In this document: in pieces, positions 43,401 to 57,130 of the stretch
Position numbering within the stretch: the first letter of the stretch is position 1
Layout: each line of letters starts with the position of its first letter
Origin: Balanoglossus misakiensis
Taxonomy: Eukaryota; Animalia; Hemichordata
NCBI GenBank assembly: GCA_040954595.2
Contig: CM082585.2
Location: 6,969,808 to 7,033,807 of the forward strand
Direction: 5' to 3'
DNA length: 64,000 nucleotides
Translations under genes and position numbers: made by a program
Notes under the pieces: generated by a model
What the model was told of the DNA's origin: nothing
Database searches by the model: none
What the model saw: only the letters and a program-made list of their open reading frames with translations

Positions 43401-46400
43401 CCTATTCCCGATGATTACACTTTGGCAACTTAAGAACCGCATATAATTATATTGCAAGATTAAAAGACTCTGTGTACCGTTTCCAATTTCTTGCAAATTC
43501 ACAAGTAGTCGACATAAATGGTTGTCGTTATCGCTGGTGTGGATAAATTGTTTTACTGCTTTTTGCGTAATGGGGGTTGTCCTACATAAAATCCACTCTC
43601 ACAACGAACGAACCCCAGCGGAAAAAAACCCACGATTCTGGAACGTGACAAGCGAAACGACAGCGCTGCAACCCCTGATGGCGTTGCCTTGGAAACCACT
43701 GCCGCGCGATTGCTTGTGTCCCCGTGCTGACGTCAATCGTGGCAGGGCTGTGCAGTTTCTTAAAATAGCCCGGCGTTGGATTTCCCGAAGATAACTCCTA
43801 TACAACAACGGCGAGGCAGATAATAATGTATTTTACAGCCGCCTGTGTATATAGATGGTTTTGATGAACACCACGAGTGTGCTCAAGTGGTTTGTTTCGT
43901 CATCGCAAAGAGAGTTGATACACGGAATTCATTCACTGCGTCGTCCAGTGTAATCCGTGCGAGTCTGGTGCATGACAACAGAATGCTAATTGCACCAGAC
44001 TGCAAATGTGGTGTTTTCGCATCAAAAAGTAATAAGACATTGACTGTTCATAAACAACAAATTCCGTCCCCAACATTGAACGAGACATATTTCTTGGCGT
44101 TGCTCTAACTGGCGTCGCCAGATTTGAACTGAATGTGCCCCATGTTAGGGATTCAGCCAATCACCTCTCGGGGATCTGCAGTATGAAAGATCTCGGTATC
44201 GATTTTTTTGGAATCGTTGCGTAATCTATTATGTGCCATAAAATCCAGACACATAGCAGCTGTTCAAGATGGATTTTTTTTTGTGTGTGAGTCAGCGTGA
44301 AAAGTCCAAGCCTTGTGTTTGTGACTGATTCTTTTTCTCTGCATGTTCAGATAAGAGACAAAGCGATGTTGTTTTACCTCGATGGCAGAGTTGGCATTTT
44401 AAAGGGGTCAGTGTTGGCTTAGCTCATTGCGAGATCTCGCGGGACTTTGTTTATTACCGTTTCAACGGGTTGCTGTCCATGTCATGTCTTACAAGTCGAG
44501 CTTTGTATGTAACTAGAATAGGCGCAGAGTTTAACAAAATGTGACTTTTGTGACGTTTACGATGGTCGGCCATGCTTTGTTAGGTCTTGTGTCCATCCTC
44601 GGTATACATGTATGCTGTGTCTGCAAGCACGAAAAAACAACAACCAAATTTTAGGAGCCTCATTGAAATGTCAAAATACTGCAATTTTTATTATGTCCAC
44701 TCTGTGTCACGTGAAATCCTGTCTGAAAATATGTATTCAACACCGCTGTTTCCCACACTAGCAATTATCCCCGCTTATGCAACTCACGCTATTGATCACA
44801 GAACCATCTGTTACATATGGCGAGATTTCTCAGCAAGGTTTAATCAAACCCCGCAATCATTTGGGTCGTCTCGACATACATGTAATTCAGCAAAGCTTCG
44901 CAGGAACCTATATTCCATGTCAATTGAAAGTGAGATGTTCGAGGATCAGCCGTAGGGGGTGAGTCCGATTATAGATTTCAGGAGGTGTTCTCCGATCTGA
45001 AACGTCGGACTCCAAAGACGCATTTCACTCTAGAAACGTGCGCGTCCTATCAGCATGCCGTGGGCGTCTTCACTGGGAACCAAGGCTCCGCCGCGAGGAA
45101 TACAGCGGAAACGTCAATCCGGTCGTCAAAGCACACCGCCTTCTCCCAATACTAAACCACCAACACCGATGGCGGATTGAGACTCCTACGTTAGAACTCG
45201 CTGTAATATCACAGGATATCCAGAAGCTGTGATGTCTGCATCACGGTTACCTTAGAAACCCCAGCCCCGAGTGCGCGTGGATTTTAATAATAAAAACGGG
45301 TTATTTCTTAGAAAGTCAAATTGCAAACCCCTGTAGTCACTTATGGAGTCAGTGTTCCTTCTTGATTTCGAGAAACGGTAAAAAGGAACAATATTTTCAT
45401 GTGATTAAAAGGCTGGGATAAACAAGCCCTTTCAAGCAGAAATAACAAGACGTATATTTAGAGTGACAGCCCTTAGCCGCAGAAAACCGAAACTTCCCAT
45501 TTCGGTGTGTAGTAGCGTTAAATTAAATAAAATAGTCAAAAGTTACAAATAGTTGAGCTTTAACAACGGATATGCAATATAATAAATATGTTTATGGGGG
45601 TATCTGGGTTGAATTCATAGAATATATGAGTAAATTTGCAGACGATTCGAGGTCAAGAAAATGCAGAGTTGGTGGACAGTACATATACAGAGGTGTCAAA
45701 CACGCATTCCATCTATCCCTGTATATCTCCATCCATCCTTTGCAAATGACACACAGTGACGACACCCTATTTGAGCGAAGTAACATCTGTCCAAACGACA
45801 GGGAAGTAATTTGACGTCGGGTAATTTCATCACACGAATACATATATCACTCTGGCAGTGGGTCCATTTAATAAGTCGAGCGGGCCATTCATGTAGTTTA
45901 CCCTGAATTACTCGTAATTGTGAATTATGCTGCTGTCATCACGTCCTTCGTCCTGGCGTTTAAATGGATGAGATTCTATCAGAGTAGAATGGGGGAACAC
46001 CGTCGATTGTTTAACTGTGAGGTTAAATTGATATCACCAGCTGTGTTAATGTCCCTAGTCGGTAACCGTATACCTTAAATATGACAGTATACTGATCGTG
46101 AAAGCATCTGAAAACAGATTTTGTGATTATGCCTGGGTTTTCCATATACTGTTGTTTGAGCTTATTTCAGGTGGTGGTACTAAAGCAACCGCCAATGGCT
46201 CAGCGGTAAATCATGCATCTAGATATACTCCCAACTAATCAAACAATATAATTGCCCACCTCAATTTTCGCGGACAATTAAAAGCCGTCGACTGTTGTAC
46301 GCATATACATAAGGAACAGGGACCGCATCATACATGTAGATTCTTTTAAAGAGCTTGCGGAAATCATTAGGATGAATACACGTTAACCAACACACTTTTA

Positions 46401-49212
46401 TGGCATTGTACGGCACCTAACTAAGTTTGTCCCGGGAACGCCATTAGCGAACGTGTCGCAGCACCATTTAATGTGAACTTTGGTGAATTAGAAATAGCAT
46501 ATTCATTAATTTTTTTGTTGGACAGGAGACGCGATCTTCGCCCTTTCAAGTCCATTTGTCACCACGGCGACTTGAGACGAGCTTTATGAATTGTCTGTCA
46601 GTGTCTGTGAGGCGTACACATTTTTCTCATTAGGCAATAACACTACAGATGTCTGGAGGAAATGTTTTGAAATATTCATCGAAATTTGAGGTTTTCATGG
46701 AACTTACACAGACGTGGGGATTTGTAGTGATAAAAGGGGCTTAATTGTTCATGTATGTTCTGAATCCAGCGTCTTATCTCGGTCACATCCTAGTAGTATG
46801 CTGTACATTATTTAAGATATTACAACTTTGTAGCGACACTAGCGATCCGTCGACCATCCGACCAAACGCTACGAATTAACACGTTATAAAAAGCAACGTA
46901 GCCCACCCCCACCCTGACAAGGGTTCAACTACCGCACTGTAATTCAGGTCGGACTGTTATAAAATCTTGCACTAGTTATTTTACACTGAAAGCAACGACG
47001 CGGATTGCCGTGACGTCCCAGTGACGCAAAACCAATACCCTCTTCTTCTAAGCCATTAAACTTACTTATAAGACGATTAACTTCGGCGTGAATCTTCGTA
47101 AAGGCCCGGGGCAAGTCCTCCCCATGGGCCACACTCCAAACAATCACAATCCCAAAGGGAGATAAATTTAATTGTGTTCAAGTTTAACTAACCGTGATTG
47201 CCCTTGCTGTTGCATTGAACTTGGCGGGCTCTCATTACGTGTACATCACGTGGCAAGAGTAACACCCAGGTATTCCAAAAGTGCATTCACTTGGCTATTA
47301 GGCGGAGTAAATTGAACCTGCCCGTATTCATTTCGGATTGCGTCTTAATAATAAATGACCGTCCCCAATTCACCTCCCCGGGGTTCACCTAGTTTTACTT
47401 CTGGTCGAGTCGACCAAACGCAGCTGTTTTCGTACCCCGAACCCAAATTCAAGCGAGTTCAGCGAATTCGATGCGGCCTTCCCCATTTTATCATCACGGT
47501 TCCATCTTCCTGAATATTATGACGATGCATGGTCATATTGCATTCAGTTTTTTTGCACAACGACCCGCGATTTTTATCATCAATTTTCCGAGAAAAGTTA
47601 CCTTGAGTAAAAATATGAGAAAGTTTGAGTCAGATTTTCGAGGTGCATAGGCCTAAACCAGAAACTTGGCGCACTTGGTTGTGCTACGGAGCACTTTGAC
47701 TTAGGTTTTCAATGATCCTTATTGTTGAAAGAAGTGCGATGGTTCGAGTCATGGCATATTCCCCGGGGAATATTTTACCTCAAGTAAATCGATGAAAATC
47801 ATTTATATAAAAGTGGCGTTGGAAAATGCTTTCTAGGAAATTCCCCGGCATTTAAAATTCTAACCGGAGATAACTGCCTCTTGATTGGGTCCATTACTGA
47901 GAAATAGCGGAGGCGAGCGAAAAACATTAAGTCGTTACGCTTATCCTATTAAGACGCACGAGCTTAGATCGGAAGTAGGGAGAGCGATATGGCGATTTCT
48001 GAACGAAAGGGGGAAGAAGAAAAAAAGAGAGTTTTGCGTCATCTACTGAAATTAGTATTAATTCATTAATGCCCCATAGCTGCCACGTTCATCATATAAT
48101 TGATAACATAATTCAATCTTCTCTTTATCCTCAGTTGACAAACGACGCCATTTTGAATTTGTGAAGATTCTAACACACATGTGCGCATGGGCGGCTGAAT
48201 AAACAGGTAGGCACCCGTTTATTATTTAATTTGTTCATCTTTAAATGTACAGCCACAATGAGAGGTTGATAGTATCTTTGTGTGTACCCATCAGTCTGCT
48301 CATTTACATTGACCAATCTATGTCCGAAAATAAAACCAGGAAAATAATGCAAAATAAATCAGCTGTTGTACGCGCACTGTGGTGCCGTCGACTTTGTCGT
48401 AGGGTTGAAAAGTATACACTATGAGTGAACCGAGAAGAAACTGATATTGCCGGTGGCCTTTCCAATTAACTTCTTTTGGACAGCAACCATTCGATAAAGT
48501 TTTCTGGAAACTGGAGAGATCACAGTTGAATATTTGATTATTGAAGTCCAATTGTCGCCAAAACCTGTAGGTTGGAACAGATGATTAAACGTTGGTTTAG
48601 GACAGAGACATATTTAATTGAAGATCGGGTAGCGGGATCGCAAAATTATTATCCCTATAACTGCCTTTGAAATACCCGCGGGAACAAAACTTTTATAATT
48701 TGAGCGATGAATACGCTCGGATTTACTTTTACCCGGCGCTTTGAGTCTTCGCCAGTGTCCGTTTTCCAGTTCTGTCATTCGAGTAACAGAAAACCATTTC
48801 TTCCTTAAGAGGATTTCTGCGCGCATGCAAAAAGCTGATAAACCATGAAGCAACCGCCGCTGGCCAGTGTCGTGTGTCTCGAAAAAAAAACCTGATTAAG
48901 GTATATAGACTTGTATTTTACGGGTTTCTTACGCGAAGCCGAGCGCACCAGTTCACGTGGCAAATAATTCAACGCAGAAACTAAATTGTGAGGTTTCCTC
49001 ACGGGACGTCAAACACCCGGGATACACTTCCAATTTCCAATTCCGAACCTGAATCTCGCGCCGTGTTCACTCTATACCGGAAGTGCGTTATTTGAAATAG
49101 TCGCTCCTGAAATACCACGTTCCGTTCAGTTTTAATTGTTTTGATAACTACATGTACAGTTAAAAGACTCGAAAACTATTGTAGTGCACACTGTTTGTGA
49201 GTTGCACGATAC

Positions 49213-49276
49213 TAGTTTTGGTTACTCAGACTCCGCTAAAGCGGAAGAAGCAGAGGAGTCTGGGTAACCGAGACTA
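49213..49276. repeat. Short palindromic element (probable tiny MITE, TA-bounded)
   Basis: tagttttggttactcagactcc ... ggagtctgggtaaccgagacta: 22-bp arms with 3 mismatches around a 20-nt spacer. Confidence 0.7.
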
Positions 49277-52200
49277 CCATGTACCATGATACAAGACCCA
49301 TCGCTCATATATCGTACTTCCGGTCACCAGATTCGTAACGGGTGCCTTCCGGTTCTTTTTCCACTTATTCAGGTATCACAACAGATATTAATACAATCTA
49401 GACACTTTCCCCTCAAGTAAAACCCACCACATCGCCGTTTATATTGAATAATAAAATGAATTTTTCTACAAGTTGACGGCTTCGATGAACTGCATTTCGG
49501 TGAAATGATAAAGTTGCACGTACGAATATGTCTTCAATTCGAACCCGTAATTGGCCATCTTCTCGTTTCATTTGCTGCAGCATAAGTGGATTAAAATTGT
49601 ATTCCTCTCGTCATTTTGGTTTAAGACAAATTTAATGGAATCACATTTCTGAACGCTGTTTTGCAGACAAAATAATTGAACACTAGAAATCTAGAAATAA
49701 TAGCGCAATATTCCAGCTGTCATTCGATATGATTCATTCATTTTAATAGAATTAGGCTAAATCGTATCTGGAAACAATTTGAAGTTTGAGAGGACTATGT
49801 AGGAGATTGGAATGGGATATTTCATTTGTAGCCATGGTAACCATGTGGCACTTTGAAAAGTCAAAGCAAATAATACAGTTTGTCTAGCAATGGGTACCTT
49901 TGGGAGATGCAAATGAATACGGCTATACATCTATAATTTGATGTCATGAATCATAAACGAACGCACTGATTATATTTACACACCGTATGTCATCATCACG
50001 GTTTTAAAGTGAAAGGGATATTTTACTATCTGTGCAGCCTCGGGACATTGGGGGTACGCCTGATTGGGTCACATTCGATTTCTGCCCAGTTTTTTTTATC
50101 CATTCGCGCGAAAACGTATCAAAGTATCCCCCCCTCCCTGCTCTGGATCGGGACTACAAATGTATTTCATCAACTTTGCCTTGAAAGGGCCACTATCTGT
50201 AACTTAGTTTTGTGCATCAATTTCGCTGTGAATCTAAATCTGCCTCGGTTTATTTTCATGATAGTCCGTCGGCTTGATGACGTCATGCTTCAGACAACAA
50301 CAACAACAACAACAACACCACTACGGCGTAAAGTGTAGAAGGTAACCTATAAAAGAGTTGAACATGTAATAAGGCCCAGCTGTGGTGACATATGATAAAG
50401 AATTCCCTTTGCATGTTCGTCTATAATACACCTATTCAGCTTCGAATAATTATTCATGTCCGGAGGGGTGCGTTTAGAATAACGGCTGACTAGCCATGGC
50501 AACTGAAGCTTAGCTTAGAAATCCGGTGAGATGGGGGAGTAGGGAAATCCCACGCGGTCTCTGTCTTTCGCAGGTTGTATACTTCGACGAGTTGTTTGAA
50601 GAAAGCTTGGCATATCTCTGATATTTCCTCCCCCACGTTAAATTTGACGACGCAAACACTCCAGTCAACGAGCAAACCACGAGCGATTTGCATGAGATCA
50701 AAATCGGTAGACGATGGCGTGTTTGTCTTAGAAACCATAAAAATCATCTCCATAGCAGGGATTTAATTCAGAAGAATGACTAATGATATACTCTACAGTT
50801 GATTCCTAGTTTGAACAGTGTTTTTTCTTGCAATAGTTGACATTTTCAATCAGCCTCTCAAAAGGAAAAACGCATTTATTCTCTCCAATGGCATTAAAAG
50901 CATACATCTATACATACGCATCGCCATCATATGATCCATACATTTCAAGTGGCGAGAAGAAATCACAGTCAACGGTGATTGCGAGTGACGAGTTGAAAAG
51001 AAACGCCGCGAGGAGAACCTCTTAAACCAGTATACTTCTAATGGTTGAAAAAAGCGGCGGCAATGGAAAGTTAGATGTTGAGAGGAAGGGGACATTCCTG
51101 TAAGTGGGAATGTTTTTACCGTAGATTTTCCCCGTGCGATCGCGCTGGCTACTTCATACTTCTGAAAGAAAGGTGTCTGCTACTGAATTCGGATTGCACA
51201 AAGAAAGCGTGTTTATCTCATCTTCTGGCCTACTTTTTTGCTCCCTGTCTTCAATCAAATAATCGTGTGAGAATATCGATTACTGTTGGCGGATGAATAA
51301 GTCAGCTAATAGGATATGCGGTTATCTTTGGTGAAAAGGTGATCCAATTTTCTTCAAACGCCAACTGCAATACTAGTCCATTAGCTGCATTGTTATATGT
51401 TCATACCCACTTCATTTGCACGAACTTTAATTTACCACGCGAGACAATTTCTGCGCACTCATTTTTCTCTACCCTAGATTCAGATCACATTTAACTTGCC
51501 TTGCTGGTTCTTCAATTATCGCCACGTGTTACAACCAAGCAAATATAGTCTGGACAGGATATTCATAAAATCATATACATGTATCTGTTTTCCATATTCC
51601 TTTCACTGAAACCATATCCATTGCAGTACAAATCAACCACCAGAGATATTACATTTTCTTGGCCCTTTCCACGTCGATTTGCTTTTTATTTTCGATGAAC
51701 CTCCTGCATGAACGCCCTCGGTGTTAAACCGCCATCAATGATTCAGGAAGGCCACTTCGATGGGAAGAGATTATATTGCCGGAGATTGGATATCACTTTG
51801 ATGGTCGCAATCCCTTTTCTCAGCAGTATCTGAATATTGTATTGTGCTTCGAGCCGAAACGCAGGTGGCACTCAACAGTTATCAATATTTTATAATAAGG
51901 TGCAGCCAGCTCTTCTAGCAAACAATCGCCACCAAGTGTAAGCATCTGCAAGTGCACTTTTTTATTGTGACCCTGCTCATTTACATAAGTGCTATTCCGT
52001 CACCTTTACACGCCACTGCCCCCCCCCCCCCCCCCTCGAAGCAGCCCAATTCATTTGTATCAGGATTTACGTCGTAAAAACTAAAGTTCTGTTGGTAATC
52101 ATTGAAGATAAACAGTATGTTGAATCATATACGTTAATAAAAGTGACAGGGTATCATGCACGCTTTGCAATAACAAACCGACGAGAACGGAACTGTGCAT

Positions 52201-55074
52201 TGTTTTTCTGTTTCACCAGATATCATTGCTGGCAGGCATATTCGTGATAATACCCGTCAACCGAGCCATATCGATACTCGGCACTCTTATCGTTGGTAAA
52301 AAGTCGTGTGCTCTTATCTGTCGCACCTCAGGTTGAACCCATTCCACTGTTGAACTCCATGCAAAGCAGATTTGAATCCCTATAGTACCTGTAACCTTTG
52401 GCTTTTTGCAGTACTTTTCGTTCTGTGCACCAAATGAAATTTCTTGTTCTACTTCAAACAGAATGGCATGGCTGTATACCCTTTACCCCGCTTGTCAACA
52501 TAGCCTGGATGTGTGGCCATTGATATTGTTGCTTCGATAGTTTGATATATTGATATTTATCGCTTCTGCAGTTTTTAGCTCATATACTCTTTTTGCGAGT
52601 GCACTGTTTCGCCATTAGAATTCAAATGAAACGAAGAATCCCCCGGCACGACATTTATGGTCACAGGTGTAAATGAGGTGATAAAAAGTGATCAAAGATT
52701 CCTGCTAGAAAAAACGGCGCATCGGAAAATTCGTTCTTTACTTTCTGTGTTCAATCGGTTATGAACCTACAGACTCGAATGTTGAACTGACGCCTACTCT
52801 ACCGTGCTATAGGTTTTTCGCGAATCAATTATTAACCCGTCCCCAGCCAATCATTTAAGAACTTCACCAGCGAGCTAGATGAACGCCTAAATAAATAAAC
52901 AGAGACATACAATAGCAATCACTGTGAAGATGGTAGCAGCAGTGTCCTTAGTGTAAGGTCACGAACTATTGACGTCTGTTTGAAATAATCCGAATGTCAG
53001 CTTTCGTACTTTAAAGCCGAGATTGTACGTAATCTTCAAAATGCTGCAGGTAATAAACCTGGCTTCTTTTCTGTTCGTTTGGGTTGTTGTTGTTGTACCG
53101 CTGAGACATGGCGAGAAATGGCGAGATTCTCGGTAAAGAGGGTCGCTATAAACGAGATGATATGATTCTAGGTATATGTACAGCAATTGCCAAATGCATT
53201 GCGTGAACGTAGACCGATGTGTGATATTTGATTGTGCTATACTTGATTCTGTGGAAAATAGGATTGCACGATGTAACGATTAATATGCACGGTGTACATG
53301 TATATCGTCCAGGTGTTTCTGACATCATCGCTCTGTGAGTTATACGCGTCCGTACAGACGAGAGCTGGCTGTATTTAATGATGGGGGTTACTGGTGATTG
53401 ATGAGAATTCACACGTTTGTCTTCGGAAATAGAATTTTGTCGAATTAGGGGATATTGCCTTCGCGCGCGTGTGCGCTTTGTAAGACTGAGCTATCTGTAA
53501 TGAACTCTAAAAAGGGCTTATCACGATATACTATTATGTATGGTTCAGCCAACACAACCCGACTGACATCCCTTCTGTCTGTCTTCCTATTTTGCCGTCA
53601 ACATGACTATTTTCTTCTGAGTATGTCTTTCATTGCTTAAATTAGCTAGATAACCCTCTCTTTGAAAGCCCAGCAATCGAACCCCTTCCGTTGAAATCGA
53701 TAAAGCGATTACGCCCCGTCACGCATACCGAGAGACTAGCTAAAGAATAGTAACTGAAGTCATTTTATTCCTGTTTATAAACTTCATGTTTAAAATATCA
53801 GGGCCGATAATCGCAAAGTTCATCTCGTCTCTGAGATTAATAGTTTGGAATGCGCAGTGCTTTGATTAAGCTGGTCATTAAACGTACAGGAAGTGCGAGC
53901 GAGCGCCGAGTCACCTGTTAGCCGACAAGCACAATTGGGACAGCGAACACCGCCACGGCACTCTGCAATTTAAGGCGTGGCACATTCGGTAGTCAAGGCA
54001 CTAACGGATATAAAAAATATACGATATTCAACAGCGAAACTTTGCCGTTGCAATGGTATATCGCTGTCTGGATCACCTTGAAAGCTTCCTGTTCAAATTC
54101 CCTGGTGAATACTTGTGAATACTTACCGTGTCTTTATATACACGGGGCACATTCTTGTAACTGAGAGATACTGCCTCTGGGATTCTGTGTCTCCGTATTA
54201 ACACATTCGACCTAAAAGAAAGGCCAAGGCGAGCAGATTCCGCCTCTTTTTTTCTTTATAGAAACATGAATACGGACACTCTATGCAACCTATTTGAATT
54301 AACCATTCGGAAATTAACGTTGGTGGAAACGCTAACACGACAACTTTAGCGGAGTGATATCTGTCTACATATCTATCTAGTCTCTGTCTGTCTGCCTGTG
54401 TGTCTGTATGTCTATCTAGCTAGCTGCATAGTGAACTGCCTATTCCTTTGTTTGTCTGAAGCATAGCAAGAGGGCAAAACAGTTCACGGAAACATGCATC
54501 GACATATCGAGCTGAATAATTGACAGAATGTCACATATAGGCGGCTGTTGAGGCAATAGCGTAAAGAAGAGTGAAATGGACACGCTGTGTTACGTGCAAA
54601 CCCAAGCATATCTAATCCCAATGCCGTGTTGTTTTCGCACACGATGGCACCGTGTCAAAAGTTGCAGACAGTATATTTTACCGACTTCCGCTGCTAGGTG
54701 GTTGTCTGTAACTACACGTTATTTATCCACGGCAATATTTCAAATGTGTAGCAGACACTTCACGCATACACTCACAAAGCACAGGATTTGCTGAAGTCGA
54801 CGCCGCGCAAATACAAATACAAACGTGCTAGTAGCGAATGCAACCCAGCGTGTGTATCCTGCAATGCTATATACTTTGCAGCACAGGCGCGAGATCAATA
54901 AAAGCATATACTTATTATACAGAACGTGTTCTAGATAACATCCTCCACGTCAATAATTTACACCCATAAAATAAATCGATCCTTGAGTATCGTGTTTTTC
55001 ATTTAATCTCATTCATTGTAGAAGGAAGTAACATACTGAATATCCCTTGATTTACTTAAACAATAGAATCGTTG

Positions 55075-55076
<2 letters not shown>

Positions 55077-55106
<30 letters not shown>

Positions 55107-55149
55107 CATACATACATACATACATACATACATACATACATACATACAT

Positions 55150-55203
<54 letters not shown>

Positions 55204-55374
55204 GTACGTACGTACGTACGTACGTACGTACGTACATACATACATACATACATACATACATACATACATACATACATACATACATACATACATACATACA
55301 TACATACATACATACATACATACATACATACATACATACATACATACATACATACATACATACATACATACACA
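55077..55374. repeat. Compound microsatellite (TACA)n(CA)n(CGTA)n(TACA)n
   Basis: Directly visible; it generates the spurious YIHT/MYVC ORFs in the track. Confidence 0.97.
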
Positions 55375-56657
55375 GGTAGTAAAATGTTGATTGGGCTGGG
55401 CATCTTTGAAGGGACTTCGAATGTTCACCACCTGCAGATTTCAATTGAACGCTCACATTAAATATTAAATATATAATTTGCTCGTTATTAATCCTCGGTG
55501 GAAAGAAATAATGGCACTCTGATAAGCGAAGCGAGACTCCCACAAGTCACAATTAATTTAGCACATATCCTGTTTGTGAACAAAATCGCGAGAAGTTGAT
55601 CGTTTGGTGCTTCCGTACCCCGAAGTCATCTTGGCGATCTATTCACGTATACTATAGAAAGCCTGCACCACAGGCAGTATTGCTGTGACTTTAAAGATAT
55701 TTTTGTGTGTTTTGGTTTTAAACGTTTAATTCTCTGACACACATAGCCTATACTGCTTGCATGTGTCCGTCCGTCCGTTACTTGGAATCCACAATTGTCT
55801 GTTCACTTCTTAGATGGAAGGCAGGAAACCTGGGATGTCAAAAATGTTTTTTTTTGTCGAGTTAAACCCATTACCTAGAAATTACACAAAACATCGGAGC
55901 TTAGGTTCTGATAAGCCAATCCAAGTTTCTCGGAAATGTTCTTAAAAAACGTCTTTGTTTCGGATGTCGTATTTGATATTCTACAAAGTAGCCCGCAGTG
56001 ACATGACAGATGATTTGACCACTTCTCATGCTAGTAACGTTCAGAGGAAAGTCCTTTTGCGTCAGCGCATGGCTTCCGTATTCATTGCCCGTTCCAGCGC
56101 AGCATTGCGTTGAAGGACAAGTCGATTACCAGGAAATAAATGTCAGGATTGAGTCAAGCACTTTTCGTAGTAGTATTCGAGATTAGTGTATCCTCCAGTA
56201 AGCACGGGGCAATTTTGTAACTACCGAATAATTATTTTGTTCTTAAGCTTGGCTGTGTGTGTTTTTCTGGTTGTGTCCACTTAAAAGGGTACATTTATAT
56301 GTACAACATTTTGTAGAGCGAGGAAACCATGCCATGATAAAAAATGGTGGTTGATATTTACTGTTTGGGGGGGGGGGGTGTTTTGGACGATGCAATAGTG
56401 AATAGTAGAATTACCCATGCTCTGAAAGAATTATGCTTTTCGTGAAGGAAAATGGTGAATTTGACTCCTTTCAAATTTTCATCATTATATTCCTTCGAAA
56501 TTTTAATGTTGTTCAACCATCTTAATAGTGGTTGTTTTTCGGATCATTGCTGAGCATGAGTGATGGTTTTCCTTCAGCGTCATTATCAGTCGTTGCAGTG
56601 TATCAGATTGCAAGAATGATTGTAGTACTGATCTTGATATAATTGAGTTTAATGTAG

Positions 56658-57130
56658 TTAAAGGACATAATTTCGGAGCTCTGAAACGATGGGCTTGTGG
56701 CAAAAAATGTAAATAATAAGGTCATTACATTTACTGAATGTCACATTTGCTAACTTCGTAACTAAAGATGACATTATATGAATGCCAAGACATACCCCCG
56801 GTTTTGATTGGAAACAGTAGACGCCTTGCTTGAAGAGTTGACCCTGATTTGCGTACAGTTTACATTTATGCCTGTAACGATACGACTGAGGTAGTACTCT
56901 CATCTTGTAGTGGGTCTTTTTGTAAACAAAGAAGAAAACTTGTCTCGTTTTCATGAAAATCACTATTTTAGTTAACTTAGAGATTGTCGGCCATTTGTCG
57001 GCCATTTTGAATTTCAAAGTTTAACAATTTTGCTCTCTCATTAAAAATTTTGCACGGTGGCTCCTAATTGTTATTATGAATGTTCATAGAACAATCTAGA
57101 GTTGCCCTGTGCAAACTTATTAATATTTAA
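56658..57130. mobile_element. Possible decayed DNA-transposon fragment
   Basis: Begins TTAA|AGGACA like the other TTAA-flanked elements and contains ggccattttgaat, a motif that recurs in similar form at 27481 and about 48147. No matching right TIR was found, so the right boundary is a guess. Confidence 0.3.

Noticed and set aside
47667-47750. A-box-like TGGCGCACTTGG and B-box-like GGTTCGAGTC suggesting a tRNA or SINE head (weaker A-box-like words near 3557 and 46195)
   Set aside because: No cloverleaf or acceptor stem could be built and the box spacing is long; at most a decayed SINE. tRNAscan-SE would settle it.
51300-52600. Possible decayed reverse-transcriptase fragment on the minus strand
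   Set aside because: Hand translation gave only vague resemblance with many stops and no YxDD motif.
55009-55543. ORFs of 110-155 aa with YIHT/MYVC repeats (also 59441-59908)
   Set aside because: They are translations of stop-free tetranucleotide microsatellites, not genes.
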